A stretch of DNA of 64,000 bases from an uncultured Rhizobacter sp. (GCA_964242145.1 CAXTCD010000002.1:3770-67769); one strand, 5' to 3'; positions 55,401-64,000 are shown, counted from the first letter of the stretch. Notes: generated by a model not told the origin, from the letters alone. Numbers and translations: made by a program.

Positions 55401-56083
55401 TCGAGTTCGTTCGCAAAAGCCAGCCTCTGCGCGAACTGATCGCGCAGCGAGAAAAATTCCTAACTGCCTATCAGAACGCCAGCTACGCCGCGCAGTACCG
55501 TGCGTTTGTGGATCGGGTGAAGGCCGCGGAAGAACAAGTGCGGGTCTCGGCAGGCCCTGGTTCGCTAAAGCTGACGGAAGCCGTCGCGCGCTACCTCTTC
55601 AAGTTGATGGCCTACAAAGATGAATACGAGGTAGCGCGGCTGCACACCGACCCGAGCTTCCTGAGCCAGATCGCCGCGCAGTTCGAAGGCGACTACCAGT
55701 TGAAACATTACCTCGCGCCGCCCCTGCTGTCGAAGAAGAACGCGAAGGGCGAGGCCCAGAAGCAATCATTCGGCCCCTGGATGCAAAACGCCTTTCGCGT
55801 GCTGGCCCGGCTGAAGGGCTTGCGCGGTACGGCCTTCGACCCGTTCGGCCGCACCGCCGAGCGCCGCACCGAGCGGGCCTTGATCGACGAGTACCGCGCG
55901 TCCATCGAAGCGCTGCTGCCTGACCTCCACGCACGCAACCTGCACTTGGCCGTTGCGATCGCGCACATCCCGGAAGACATTCGCGGCTATGGCCATGTGA
56001 AGGAGCGGCATCTCGTGAGTGCGCGTGCCAAGTGGGCTCAGCTGGAATCAGACTGGCAACTCGCCCTGAAGCAGGCGGCCTGA
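52478..56083 (+). CDS. Fused indolepyruvate/arylpyruvate ferredoxin oxidoreductase family protein
   Basis: SGYRGSPLG, FCSGCPHN, GIGCH, NLGDGTYFHSG (TPP binding), CEGCGDC ferredoxin motif, GVGGTGV and YKDEYEVARL. Confidence 0.93.
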   Translation: MNAPLPESVRQALETVSLEDKYSLAHGSAFMSGVQALVRLPMLQQTRDAMRGLNTAGFISGYRGSPLGTYDQALWAAKKHLSAQNIVFQPGVNEELGATAVWGTQQLDLYPQSKKFDGVFGLWYGKGPGADRCADVFKHANMAGTAKHGGVIAVVGDDHISKSSTAAHQSDHLFKACGLPVFFPSSVQDILDMGLHAFAMSRFAGVWAGMKTIQEIVESSSSVSVDPDRVHIVLPEDFAMPPGGLHIRWPDAPLEQEARLMDHKWYAALAYIRANKLNHNVISGPNSGQADRFGLIASGKAYNDTRQALHDLGLSDDDCRHLGIRLHKVNVVWPLEATITRDFALGLQEILVVEEKRQVIEYQLKEELYNWRPDVRPNVLGKFDEAEHDQTGGEWSQPNPSSNWLLRAQADLTPAIIAKAIGKRLKKLGVDADTTARIDARLALIEAKERSLQTLNIQSGDRLPYFCSGCPHNTSTRVPEGSRALGGIGCHYMVLWMDRSTSTFTQMGGEGVSWVGQAPFTTEPHVFANLGDGTYFHSGSLAIRQSIASGVNITYKILYNDAVAMTGGQRIGERPEGHSVLQIVRSLKAEGVSALCIVSDEPEKYLGADLTPDVAVHHRDELDRLQRDYREIKGTSAIIYDQTCATEKRRRRKRGTMVDPAKRVVINELVCEGCGDCSTQSNCLSVEPVETPFGRKRRINQNTCNKDYSCVNGFCPSFVTVEGGRLKTSAQAQPARPALSSLKPPPEPLLPLARSDDEQVWGIVVAGVGGTGVITIGQLLGMAAHLEGKGIVTQDAAGLAQKGGSTWSHVQIANRAEFIHTTKVGTAEADLVIACDPIVGANASTLAVMREDRSFVALNTHGSPTASFVSNPNWQFPGASCEKAIVDAVGASHVGLLDAEHLAVQLVGDSLYTNPLMLGYAWQKGLVPLAHASLMRAIELNGVQVQNNQLAFEWGRRAAHDPAAVKALTATAQVIEFVRKSQPLRELIAQREKFLTAYQNASYAAQYRAFVDRVKAAEEQVRVSAGPGSLKLTEAVARYLFKLMAYKDEYEVARLHTDPSFLSQIAAQFEGDYQLKHYLAPPLLSKKNAKGEAQKQSFGPWMQNAFRVLARLKGLRGTAFDPFGRTAERRTERALIDEYRASIEALLPDLHARNLHLAVAIAHIPEDIRGYGHVKERHLVSARAKWAQLESDWQLALKQAA

Positions 56084-56150
56084 GGGAACGGGCGGCCGAC
56101 AGCCAGCGATGCGTCGTAAAGTGCAAGCTCCTCGTTGAAGAGCCTGCACC

Positions 56151-56942
56151 ATCGACACCGTTGTTCTGCAGTCCTACCGGATCCACGACGTTCCGCGCTG
56201 GATCACCGCGTGCCTGCGCAGCGTCGAAGGCTGGGCACGCAGCCAGGGTTGGCGCCACGAGTTCATGGACGACCGCTTCTTTACGCTTGTGCCGCAGTGG
56301 GCGCGCGAGCGCTGTGGCGATAACCTCTATGCCGTGACCGACCTGTGCCGCTTGCAGTGGCTACAGCAAACGCTGGCGGAAGGCCGTGCTTCACGCGCCA
56401 TTTGGATCGATGCCGACGTGCTGGTGTTCGCGCCCGATTCGTTCCGCTTGCCCATCGGCACCGGGCATGCATTCGCCAAAGAGCTGTTCCTGAAGGTCGG
56501 AAATGACGGCAGCGCCGTGCCGGTGCACGGCATCAACAACGCCGTGATGGTGTTCGAGCGCGGTGATGCGACGTTGGCCGCTTACCTCGATGCCTGCACT
56601 GACCTGCTGCGCACCTTGCCCAGCGGCCCCGTCCCGCGCACGGCGCTCGGGCCGCAGTTGCTGCAGCGGCTGGCAGAAGACCGGGGCTCGGCGCTGATTG
56701 ATGGCGTAGGCCTGTTCACGCTGGCGCTGATGCGCGAAGTCGCCCGCGGCGGCAGCGAGTTCACCCGTGCTTATCTGCAGCATTCTCCAACCCCGCCGGC
56801 CGCCGCCAACCTGTGCCATTTCCTGCGCAATGCGACACCGCCGCTGCATCGCGCCGGCTTTGATGCGCTTTACCTGTCAGCACTTGAACAGCTGCTGGCC
56901 ACGAAGGGCGCGGTACTGAACGGATCGATCCGGCCGCGCTAA
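56151..56942 (+). CDS. Hypothetical protein with DxD motif (GT-A nucleotide-diphospho-sugar transferase-like); start codon uncertain
   Basis: DLCRL..L, IWIDADVLVF and INNAVMVF. The frame stays open and protein-like from ATC 56151 (IDTVVLQSYR...) to the first ATG at 56265. Confidence 0.55.
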   Translation: MDTVVLQSYRIHDVPRWITACLRSVEGWARSQGWRHEFMDDRFFTLVPQWARERCGDNLYAVTDLCRLQWLQQTLAEGRASRAIWIDADVLVFAPDSFRLPIGTGHAFAKELFLKVGNDGSAVPVHGINNAVMVFERGDATLAAYLDACTDLLRTLPSGPVPRTALGPQLLQRLAEDRGSALIDGVGLFTLALMREVARGGSEFTRAYLQHSPTPPAAANLCHFLRNATPPLHRAGFDALYLSALEQLLATKGAVLNGSIRPR

Positions 56943-56949
56943 AGCGCCG

Positions 56950-57852
56950 CTAGTCCCACAGCGAGGCCGGCGCCGCGGGCGTGACGCCCAGTTGCTCGGC
57001 GAGCTTCATCGCATCGCCGGGGGCCTTCATCTTGTCGGTGTTGTCGAAGTAGCAATACACGTCGCGCCGTGCGCGGCCGGGCGGCTTGGCGCCCAGCAAA
57101 GGCACATCGTTGGGGTGCGCGCCCTGGCTCCACGAGCGGATGCGGTCGCCCCACTGTGTCAGCTCGGCATCGTCATAGCCGCTGCGATAAAGCTCGGTCG
57201 AACCATGCAGGCGGATGTAGACGAAATCGGCCGTCACATCGAAGGTCTCGGGAAAGCGCTTGGCGCTGTCGGCCACCACCAGCGCGACCTGGTATTCACG
57301 CAGCAAGTGAATGAAGTCTTCGCACAGAAAGCTGGTGTGGCGCACCTCCACCGCATGGCGCATCGGCTGCGTCGGTACCGGCCCCAACCAGGTGCTGCTG
57401 GCCATGTGCGCGTCATGCGATTTCGCGATCGCACGCGCCTGGTCGGTGTCACGCGGCAGGCCGGCCAGAAAAGGCTCGAAGCGCGCCGGGTCGAAGGCCA
57501 GCTGCGGCGGGAATTGCCACAGGATGGGCCCGAGCTTTTGCCGCAGCTGCAGCAGCCCGGAGGCCAGAAAGTTCGCCAGCGGCAACTCGATGTCGACCAG
57601 ACGCCGCAAGTGCGTGATCAGCTTCGGGCCTTTGATGCTGAAGACGAAGTCATCCGGCGTGTCGTGGAACCACTCCGCCCAGGTGCCGGGCCGCTGGAGC
57701 GAATAGAACGAGCCGTTGATCTCGATGCTGGCCATGGCCTGCGCGGCGTAGGCCAGCTCCTTGCGCTGCACGAGCCCACGTGGGTAGAACGCGCCCCGCC
57801 ACGGCGGATAGCGCCAACCCGACAGGCCGATGCGAACCCGGCCGTGCGTCAA
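56950..57852 (-). CDS. DUF72/YecE-family protein
   Basis: RIGLSGWRY, EINGSFYSLQ, FSIKGPKLITH, LWQFPP, HAVEVRH, YIRLHG and YFDNT. Confidence 0.9.
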   Translation of the reverse strand: MTHGRVRIGLSGWRYPPWRGAFYPRGLVQRKELAYAAQAMASIEINGSFYSLQRPGTWAEWFHDTPDDFVFSIKGPKLITHLRRLVDIELPLANFLASGLLQLRQKLGPILWQFPPQLAFDPARFEPFLAGLPRDTDQARAIAKSHDAHMASSTWLGPVPTQPMRHAVEVRHTSFLCEDFIHLLREYQVALVVADSAKRFPETFDVTADFVYIRLHGSTELYRSGYDDAELTQWGDRIRSWSQGAHPNDVPLLGAKPPGRARRDVYCYFDNTDKMKAPGDAMKLAEQLGVTPAAPASLWD

Positions 57853-58958
57853 AACTGCAAGAAGGTAAGGCCGGCGCCGACGCTCGTCTGGCGGAAGTTG
57901 TAGTCGGTCAAGGTCTCGCCATAGCCACTGAAGGCTTGCAGGTACCAGCGCAGGCCGTTCGGTGCATCACGCATCACCGGGTAAGTGAACTCCAGTTGCG
58001 TGGCGCCGAAGTGCGTGGACTTGAGCGTGGAGCGGTACAGCAGCGAAGCGGTGGCTATGCCGGGCGTCCAGTTGAGCTGGAACTCGCCACGGCCGCGGTA
58101 GCCAATGAGATCCGGGTTGTTGTCGGTCTCGACATCTTCTTTCAGGCGATGCAGCAGCCGGGTCGTCAGCGACAGATTGCCCTTCTCGAAACCGGCCCCG
58201 AGGTACACGCGGTTCCAGCTGCGCGACAGCGGGTCCGATTGCCCGTTCGATTGGTGCGCCAGCGCCACTTGGCCAAAGCGCCATTGCCAACCGAATGGCA
58301 GGTTGCGCAGGCCTTTCGGTGTCGGCACGACATAGATCAGCTCGGGCTCGTAATCGGTGTTGCGAAACGGCTTGGAGTCTTTGCCGTTCCAGATCTGCCA
58401 CATCGCTTGCTGCGTGAAGGCAAGCCACACATCGGCATTCGGCAGGCCGAAGTCTTGAGCGACCTTGGTGCGCAGCGAGAGCTGGAATTTGGCTTCGACG
58501 GTGCGGTAGTCCGGCCGAGACACCTCTGCCTGGGTCGGCGATTGAGGGCCGCGGTTGATGCGGCTCGTCTTGTGCACCGGCAGCACATAGTTCGGCTTGT
58601 AGCCGGTGAAGTTGAAGGTGCCGCGCTTGTCTTCGTCGTCCAGTTCCCAGTAGCGCGACAGCAGGCTGGAGGCGGCGCGCTCGCCATTGGCCGCAGGCAC
58701 CGGCGCGTTCTTCTGCGCCAGCTGCGAACTGGTCGACGAGCCTTCAGCCACCGGCGGCGGCGGTGCGCGGCCGGCCAGCTTGTCGTAGCAGGTCAAACGA
58801 TCGGCCGAAGGCCCGATCTCGGCGCAATGCGTCAGTGGGGTCTCAGGCTCGGCGGCCCACAGCGGGTGAGACAGCCCCATCAACATTGCAGCAAGCAGGC
58901 ATGCCTGAGTCGACTGGCGGAAGGTGAAAGGTTCGTGAAGGGAAGTCGGCAAAGGCAT
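57849..58958 (-). CDS. pldA: Outer-membrane phospholipase A
   Basis: YKPNYVLP, KFQLSLRTK, PFRNTDYEPE, HQSNGQ..SRSWNR (catalytic His/Ser), GYGETLTDYN and C-terminal Phe. Confidence 0.92.
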   Translation of the reverse strand: MPLPTSLHEPFTFRQSTQACLLAAMLMGLSHPLWAAEPETPLTHCAEIGPSADRLTCYDKLAGRAPPPPVAEGSSTSSQLAQKNAPVPAANGERAASSLLSRYWELDDEDKRGTFNFTGYKPNYVLPVHKTSRINRGPQSPTQAEVSRPDYRTVEAKFQLSLRTKVAQDFGLPNADVWLAFTQQAMWQIWNGKDSKPFRNTDYEPELIYVVPTPKGLRNLPFGWQWRFGQVALAHQSNGQSDPLSRSWNRVYLGAGFEKGNLSLTTRLLHRLKEDVETDNNPDLIGYRGRGEFQLNWTPGIATASLLYRSTLKSTHFGATQLEFTYPVMRDAPNGLRWYLQAFSGYGETLTDYNFRQTSVGAGLTFLQF

Positions 58959-59178
58959 GGCGGCGGAAGGCTTAGGTCAAAGAATGCCGGGCAGAGCGCC
59001 CAGAAATTGGCGCCGATGGTAGGGGTTGTGCCTTATGACCGTATGTCTGTCCCTTGAAAGCCCGGACAAACTGACAGCTCAAAAAGGGTGCAGCGCCACA
59101 AGCGGTTGGTGCGCTTCAGCGCTGGCACACCATCAAGGCATGCGCTGCTGACAGGCCGGTGCATGCGATCATTCCGCC

Positions 59179-59998
59179 ATGAAAGCCCAGGTTCAAGAAC
59201 TCATCGAACTGCTGCAGGTAGAACGCCTGGAGCACAACCTTTTTCGCGGTATCAGCAGCGATGTGGGTAGCCCGCGCGTGTTTGGTGGCCAGGTGCTCGG
59301 CCAGGCCTTGATGGCCGCGGCGCTCACCGTCGAGGGCTCGCGCCAGGTCCATTCACTGCATGCCTATTTTCTTCGCCCGGGAGATAAGGAAGCCAAGATC
59401 GTCTATGACGTCGATCGCATCGTCATTCCACATCCATGAGCAGGGCGCCGAACACAGCGCCCCGATGCGCACGGTGCCCGGACCGGAAGGACTGCTGAGC
59501 AACCATGTACTGCGTCACAAACACGGGCAGCAACACGCCGAGTCGGTGCCCGCCCGGGTGTTGACCTTTTTGCATGCCGAGACGGCGATCGAGATCCGCG
59601 AGGTCGAGCCACTTGATCTGCTGGACCCGCCGCCGCGGCCGGCGCGCAGCGATTACTGGTTCCGAGCAGCGGACCACTTGCCCGATGACCCGGTGCTGCA
59701 TCAAGCGATGCTCGCCTATTCGTCAGATTTTGGCCTGCTGCGCTCGGCCTTGCTGCCGCACGGCCTGAGCTTCCTGAAAGGTAATGTGCAGGGCGTGAGC
59801 CTCGACCATGCGATGTGGTTCCATGCCCCATTCCGCATGGACGAATGGCTGCTGTACAGCACTGAATCGCCGTTTGCAGGCGGCGCGCGAGGCTTTTGCC
59901 GCGGCAGCATCTTCACGCACGATGGCCGGCTAGTCGCCTCGGTCGCCCAGGAAGGGCTGATGCGCCCGGTCACGCCGAAGCCGGCGGCGCCTGCCTGA
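59179..59998 (+). pseudogene. tesB: Acyl-CoA thioesterase II with internal out-of-frame deletion
   Basis: Frame 1 gives RVFGGQVLGQ..HSLHAYFLRPGD..YDVDRI; another frame resumes at SFHIHEQG..LAYSSD..SLDHAMWFH..VAQEGL. The conserved RDG.SF..RRV.AIQ segment is absent (junction about 59421). Confidence 0.8.
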
Positions 59999-60014
59999 GC
60001 GGCGCCCGGCCAGC

Positions 60015-60347
60015 TTACTTCGGACGGGGGCCCGAGCCGCCCGGCGGCTGGGTGAACAGCTTGGCCGCGCGACCTTTGAGTTCGAGCAGTTCACTCGGCG
60101 TGACAGAGTAACGGCCAGTGCCGATATTCACGTCGACCCGGAACTCCACTTCCTTGCCGCCATACGACAGCAGGCCGGAGGTGAACTCGTATTCCTCGTC
60201 TTCGGCGGGCAAGCCCTGCTCTCCCTTGTCGTAATCCTCGTACTCCACATTGCGGATGTCGCCGCTGGCCAAGTCGAGGATGCCGGACGACTTCACGATC
60301 GTTTCCGTCAGCTCATCAAAAATCACAATCGGTACGTTCAGATCCAC
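60015..60347 (-). CDS. Acidic 110-aa hypothetical protein
   Basis: GTG start with RBS and protein-like composition; no recognised motif. Confidence 0.7.
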   Translation of the reverse strand: MDLNVPIVIFDELTETIVKSSGILDLASGDIRNVEYEDYDKGEQGLPAEDEEYEFTSGLLSYGGKEVEFRVDVNIGTGRYSVTPSELLELKGRAAKLFTQPPGGSGPRPK

Positions 60348-60496
60348 GTCTCATCCTGGTCATGTTGTCGGCACAAGCTGCCGTAGGCGGCGATTGTCGT
60401 TGCTTCTCCGGCAGGCCGGTGATACGGGTTCGTCAGGCGTGCGAAGAGATCGGCAAGAGAAAGCGGCCACTCAAGCGGCGGCCTCGCGGCGGCGGG

Positions 60497-61120
60497 TCAT
60501 GACCCAGCAGCACGCCCGCAGATGCCGTCGAAGCAGGTGCTGAGCAGCATCTCGATGATCTGCTCGTCGCTGTGCTGGCCACTTGCCTTCAACAGGCTGA
60601 GCACCGGGTCGCAGGCGCGGGCAAACAAGGTGTAGAGCGCGATCTGTGGCGGCAGCCGAGGGTTCAGGTCGCCCGCGAGTTGGGCTGCGGCAATCCAGGC
60701 GCCGAGTTCGTCACTGAGCACCATCAATCGTTCGATATAGAGCTTGTTGGCGACGAGCGAGGCTCGCAGCGCCGAGTTCTGGGCTGGCAGCGATGGCATT
60801 TCACCGGCGAGCTGCACCTGCATCGTCCAGCGCGCAACGGCCTTCAATTGTTCGATGGCCAAAGCCTTCGGATGGTCCGTGCGCAGGCTGGCCGTGAAGG
60901 CCAGAGTGCGTTCGATGATGCGCACCATCGCCGCGCCGGCCAGCTCTTCTTTCGAACTGAAATGCTTGTAGAGGCTGGCCTTCGCAATCCCGACATCGGC
61001 CGCGACTTCGTCGACCGTCATCATCTCGAAGCCTTTTTCGGCCAGCAGCCGGTTCACCGACAGAACGATCGCATCTTCGCGGGCGCGAAGCACTTGCTCT
61101 CTGAAAGACACTTTTGCCAT
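60497..61120 (-). CDS. TetR/AcrR regulator
   Basis: LLAEKGFEMMTVDEVAADVGIAKASLYKHFSSKEEL HTH. Confidence 0.92.
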   Translation of the reverse strand: MAKVSFREQVLRAREDAIVLSVNRLLAEKGFEMMTVDEVAADVGIAKASLYKHFSSKEELAGAAMVRIIERTLAFTASLRTDHPKALAIEQLKAVARWTMQVQLAGEMPSLPAQNSALRASLVANKLYIERLMVLSDELGAWIAAAQLAGDLNPRLPPQIALYTLFARACDPVLSLLKASGQHSDEQIIEMLLSTCFDGICGRAAGS

Positions 61121-61229
61121 GCCGCATTTTAAGGCTTGGCAATCCCCTAGAAACCATCAAGTCAGTTTGCAACCTGACCGTTTCAGGAAATACCAGCCGG
61201 TCACAGTCGACAGGGAAGCGGTGAGGCCT

Positions 61230-61451
61230 TCAGCGCGGCGGTTGGCGTGAGACGCGCCGGCTCCATGAAGACGAGGCGGTGTTGAAACCCCGATCACTGG
61301 CCGCCGGGTCGACAAATTTGGAATCGGCGTCGACGCTGGCATCCAGGCCGAAGGCGGTCCCCATGTCTGCAAGGTCCGGCGTTTCGCGGCGAGGACGGCG
61401 CCGCAAGACCGTCAGCATCGTCAGCCAAGTTAATCCGGACAGCAAGTTCAT
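61230..61451 (-). CDS. 73-aa hypothetical protein
   Basis: AGGAG RBS 8 nt before ATG; hydrophobic N-terminus, RRRPRR and a DMGTAFGLDAS segment. Confidence 0.5.
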   Translation of the reverse strand: MNLLSGLTWLTMLTVLRRRPRRETPDLADMGTAFGLDASVDADSKFVDPAASDRGFNTASSSWSRRVSRQPPR

Positions 61452-61685
61452 GGCGCATCACTCCTATCGATTCGGTTCGCACAATGCGTGTCAGTGTGGG
61501 CTTAGGCGCGCAGACTGATGGCACGAACTGAGCCGTTGTTCCTCGCCATTTGAAGCCCACATCGTGCGCCTGCTGATGCAAATGCGGTTGCTTTGTTATA
61601 GGGGTGGCAATTTCTTACGCTGGCTACTAAGGTTGTTGCAGGTACTGTCGCCGCAATCCGACAAACCAGCCTCGAATGGAGCTTT

Positions 61686-61931
61686 ATGAACGGCCGATCG
61701 CTGCGTGCGCTCACCTGGTCCACGTTGTTAGCCGCCTTAGCGGGCGCGGCTTTGCTGGCCGGCGAAGATGCGGGCTTGTCCGACCCTAGCCTGTTCAGTG
61801 CGGACGTTCCATCGCTGTACGCCACCTCATCGCGAGATTCATCCTGGCACCATCACGCGGCCACTCCGGTCTTGCCATTGCACCGCTCACGCGAGATCGA
61901 GGGCCGCCGCAGTGCCCCCAGCGACCGCTGA
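61686..61931 (+). CDS. 81-aa hypothetical protein with signal-peptide-like N-terminus
   Basis: GGAG RBS; LTWSTLLAALAGAALLA hydrophobic stretch. Confidence 0.45.
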   Translation: MNGRSLRALTWSTLLAALAGAALLAGEDAGLSDPSLFSADVPSLYATSSRDSSWHHHAATPVLPLHRSREIEGRRSAPSDR

Positions 61932-61945
61932 TTCAGGCGGTTAGC

Positions 61946-62585
61946 TCAAACGCCTCTCTTTTTCGTTTTCAAATCACCGGGCGCGCAGGGCTGCTCCAGC
62001 GTGCCCTGCGCTCCAGCGGCCAAGGCCGCGCCAATCTGATCCAGCTGACCCTTGCGTGAAAAGGGCTCAGCGCTCTCAGGCCCGAGCTTCCACTGATGCC
62101 AGTACAGCGGAATCGGCAACGAGATCTCCGGGTAAATCACCTGCAAAGCACCGCCATCCAGCAGGCTCTGCACCTGCAGCAAAGGCACCACGCCAATGCC
62201 CCACCCCCTTGAGGCGGCTTGAACATAGGCTTCGGACGACGGCACAAAGCGCGCCTGCAGGCGCGGCTCCCGCACTTTGAAAGCCTGTTTCACCCATTGC
62301 TCATGCATCGCGTCTTTGCGGTTGAACACGAGGAAAGGCAGGCGGGCAAAGTTGCCGCGCGTGAGGCCTTCGCCCAGGTGCTCGCCGACAAAGCCGGGGC
62401 TGGCGACCGCCACGTAGCGCATCACACCCAACGGCACCACACGGCAGCCACGCAGCACTTCGCGCACCGAGGTGACGCAGCCGAGCACCGCACCTTCGCG
62501 CAACCCGCTGCGCCGCGCGTTCGAAGTGGCCGTCATCGGCCAGTGCGGCCAGGCATTCGAGGCCGGCAGGGTCCAGGTCCTTCAT
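61946..62585 (-). pseudogene. argP: ArgP/IciA-type LysR regulator with large internal out-of-frame deletion
   Basis: MKDLDPAGLECLAALADDGHFERAAQR joins directly, out of frame, to LREGAVLGCVT..GVMRYVAVASP..FNRKD..VPSSEAY..LYWHQW; junction about 62505; divergent from argO. Confidence 0.82.
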
Positions 62586-62691
62586 TAGAAATTCCGATGG
62601 AAGTCGATCAATATCAATGTAGCTTCACTTTGGCGGCCTGACTTCAGACAATCGGCACCCTTGCCCCTTCGGGCTTTCGCGCGGTGATCCG

Positions 62692-63303
62692 ATGTCTCCA
62701 GCATTCATTCAAGGCCTGTTGATGACGGCCGGCCTGATCGTCGCCATCGGCGCCCAGAACGCGCTCGTGCTGCGGCAAGGCCTGGCGCGAACGCACGTGG
62801 CGCCCGTGGTGCTGCTGTGCACCGTCTCCGACTGGCTGCTGACCGCGCTCGGCGTGTTCGGCCTGGGCTCGGTGATCCAGTCTTCGCCGCTCTTGCTGCA
62901 GGCCTTCCGATATGGCGGCGCGGCCTTCCTGCTGATCTATGGCCTGCGCTCAGCCCGCCAAGCCTGGCGTGGCCAGGGTGTTTTGACACAGTCGAACAGC
63001 GGCTCAGGCAGCCTGGCTGCGACGCTGGGCAGCGCGCTCGCCATGACTTATCTCAACCCGCACGTCTATCTCGACACCGTCGTGCTGCTCGGCAGCGTAG
63101 GCGCACAGCACCCCGGCAGCGGCCGCATCGAGTTCGCACTCGGTGCCGGTGTCGCCTCGATGCTTTGGTTCGCCACGCTGGGCTACGGCGCCTCGGTGGC
63201 TTCGCGCTGGCTGAGGCACCCAGCGGCCTGGCGAGGCATTGATGCCAGCGTTGCCGTCGTGATGTTCGCTGTGGCTACACAATTGCTGCTTAAGCCGTTA
63301 TAG
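62692..63303 (+). CDS. argO: LysE/ArgO amino-acid exporter
   Basis: LIVAIGAQNALVLRQGL, TYLNPHVYLDTV and WFATLG. Confidence 0.9.
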   Translation: MSPAFIQGLLMTAGLIVAIGAQNALVLRQGLARTHVAPVVLLCTVSDWLLTALGVFGLGSVIQSSPLLLQAFRYGGAAFLLIYGLRSARQAWRGQGVLTQSNSGSGSLAATLGSALAMTYLNPHVYLDTVVLLGSVGAQHPGSGRIEFALGAGVASMLWFATLGYGASVASRWLRHPAAWRGIDASVAVVMFAVATQLLLKPL

Positions 63304-63320
63304 CGATTTCGGAGAACACG

Positions 63321-64000
63321 ATGAGAGTGGTTGTGATGGGCGCAGGCATCATCGGTGTCAGCACCGCCTGGTATTTGCTCGAACAGGGGCACGAGGTCAC
63401 GGTCGTTGATCGCCAACCCGATGCCGCGCTGGAAACCAGCTTCGCCAATGGCGCGCAGATTTCGGTCTGCTTCTGCGAACCCTGGGCGCACCCCAGCGCA
63501 CCGCTGAAGGTGCTGAAGTGGCTGGGCCGCGACGACTCTCCGCTGCTGTTTCGCCCGCGGCTTGATCCCCACCAATGGCGATGGGGCCTGAGCTTTCTGT
63601 CGCAGTGCACCGACGCCGCGTTTGAGCGCAACGTCACGCAACTGGTCGCGCTCGGCCGCTACAGTCATGAATCGCTGAAAAGCCTGGTCGCGCAGACCGG
63701 CATTCAATACAACCGGCTGGAGCGCGGCATCCTGTATTTTTTTGCGACACAGAAAGATGTTGACGGCGCAGCCGCGGGGGTTGAGCTGATGCGTGCGCAC
63801 GGCGTCGACCGCCAGTTGCTGAGCCGCGATCAGGTCTTGGCGGTCGAGCCGGCGCTGCGTGCCTACCAAGGCGCGCTGGCCGGCGGAACCTATACCGCGT
63901 CGGACGAATCGGGCGATGCCCGTGTCTTCACGCAGGAATTGGCCAAGCGCTGTCAGCAGCGCGGCGCCACCTTTCTCTATGAACACGATGTGCTCGGCTT
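63321..64000 (+). CDS. dadA: D-amino acid dehydrogenase (5' part; runs off window)
   Basis: Manual translation from ATG 63321: MRVVVMGAGIIGVSTAWYLLEQGHEVTVVDRQPDAALETSFANGAQISV..EPWAHP. Confidence 0.9.
   Translation, partial: MRVVVMGAGIIGVSTAWYLLEQGHEVTVVDRQPDAALETSFANGAQISVCFCEPWAHPSAPLKVLKWLGRDDSPLLFRPRLDPHQWRWGLSFLSQCTDAAFERNVTQLVALGRYSHESLKSLVAQTGIQYNRLERGILYFFATQKDVDGAAAGVELMRAHGVDRQLLSRDQVLAVEPALRAYQGALAGGTYTASDESGDARVFTQELAKRCQQRGATFLYEHDVLG

Noticed and set aside
60470-60499. 9-codon ORF MTRRREAAA coupled to the TetR stop
   Set aside because: Too short, with no continuation in any frame; likely chance.

Overview
A 64-kb chromosomal segment from a GC-rich betaproteobacterium. Burkholderiales is inferred from the Bug/TTT binding proteins, a betaproteobacterial porin and the rpe-apaG-mltA and gph-trpE-trpG gene sets. 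I found no rRNA, tRNA, CRISPR array, transposase or true integrase. Core genes flank the window: ltaE (partial)-trpG-trpE-gph on the left, and rpe-apaG-mltA through argO-dadA (partial) on the right. rpe and gph are usually neighbours, but here they are separated by about 39 kb of accessory DNA. That block holds six modules: (i) an orphan LtaS/WcbQ-like sulfatase-fold transferase; (ii) an uncharacterised, translationally coupled operon of Bug, HpcH aldolase, LigI-like amidohydrolase, 7-blade EAR/EPTP beta-propeller and an unknown 379-aa protein, followed by a LysR gene; (iii) a porin and SBP plus the homogentisate genes hppD, hmgA, fahA; (iv) pobA/pobR and a complete protocatechuate 4,5-cleavage (lig/pmd) cluster with a decayed MFS gene; (v) an APS kinase (cysC) divergent from a sulfotransferase-FGE-fold-HAD operon; (vi) an SBP-histidine kinase-response regulator-hybrid kinase cascade. 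Modules (v)/(vi) and (ii) are the best candidates for undescribed systems. Smaller observations include a WPW-containing trpE leader peptide, several perfect operator palindromes, a tandem active/degenerate GGDEF pair, and internally deleted tesB and argP genes that are either pseudogenes or assembly artefacts. All family assignments come from motifs recognised by eye, not from database searches.
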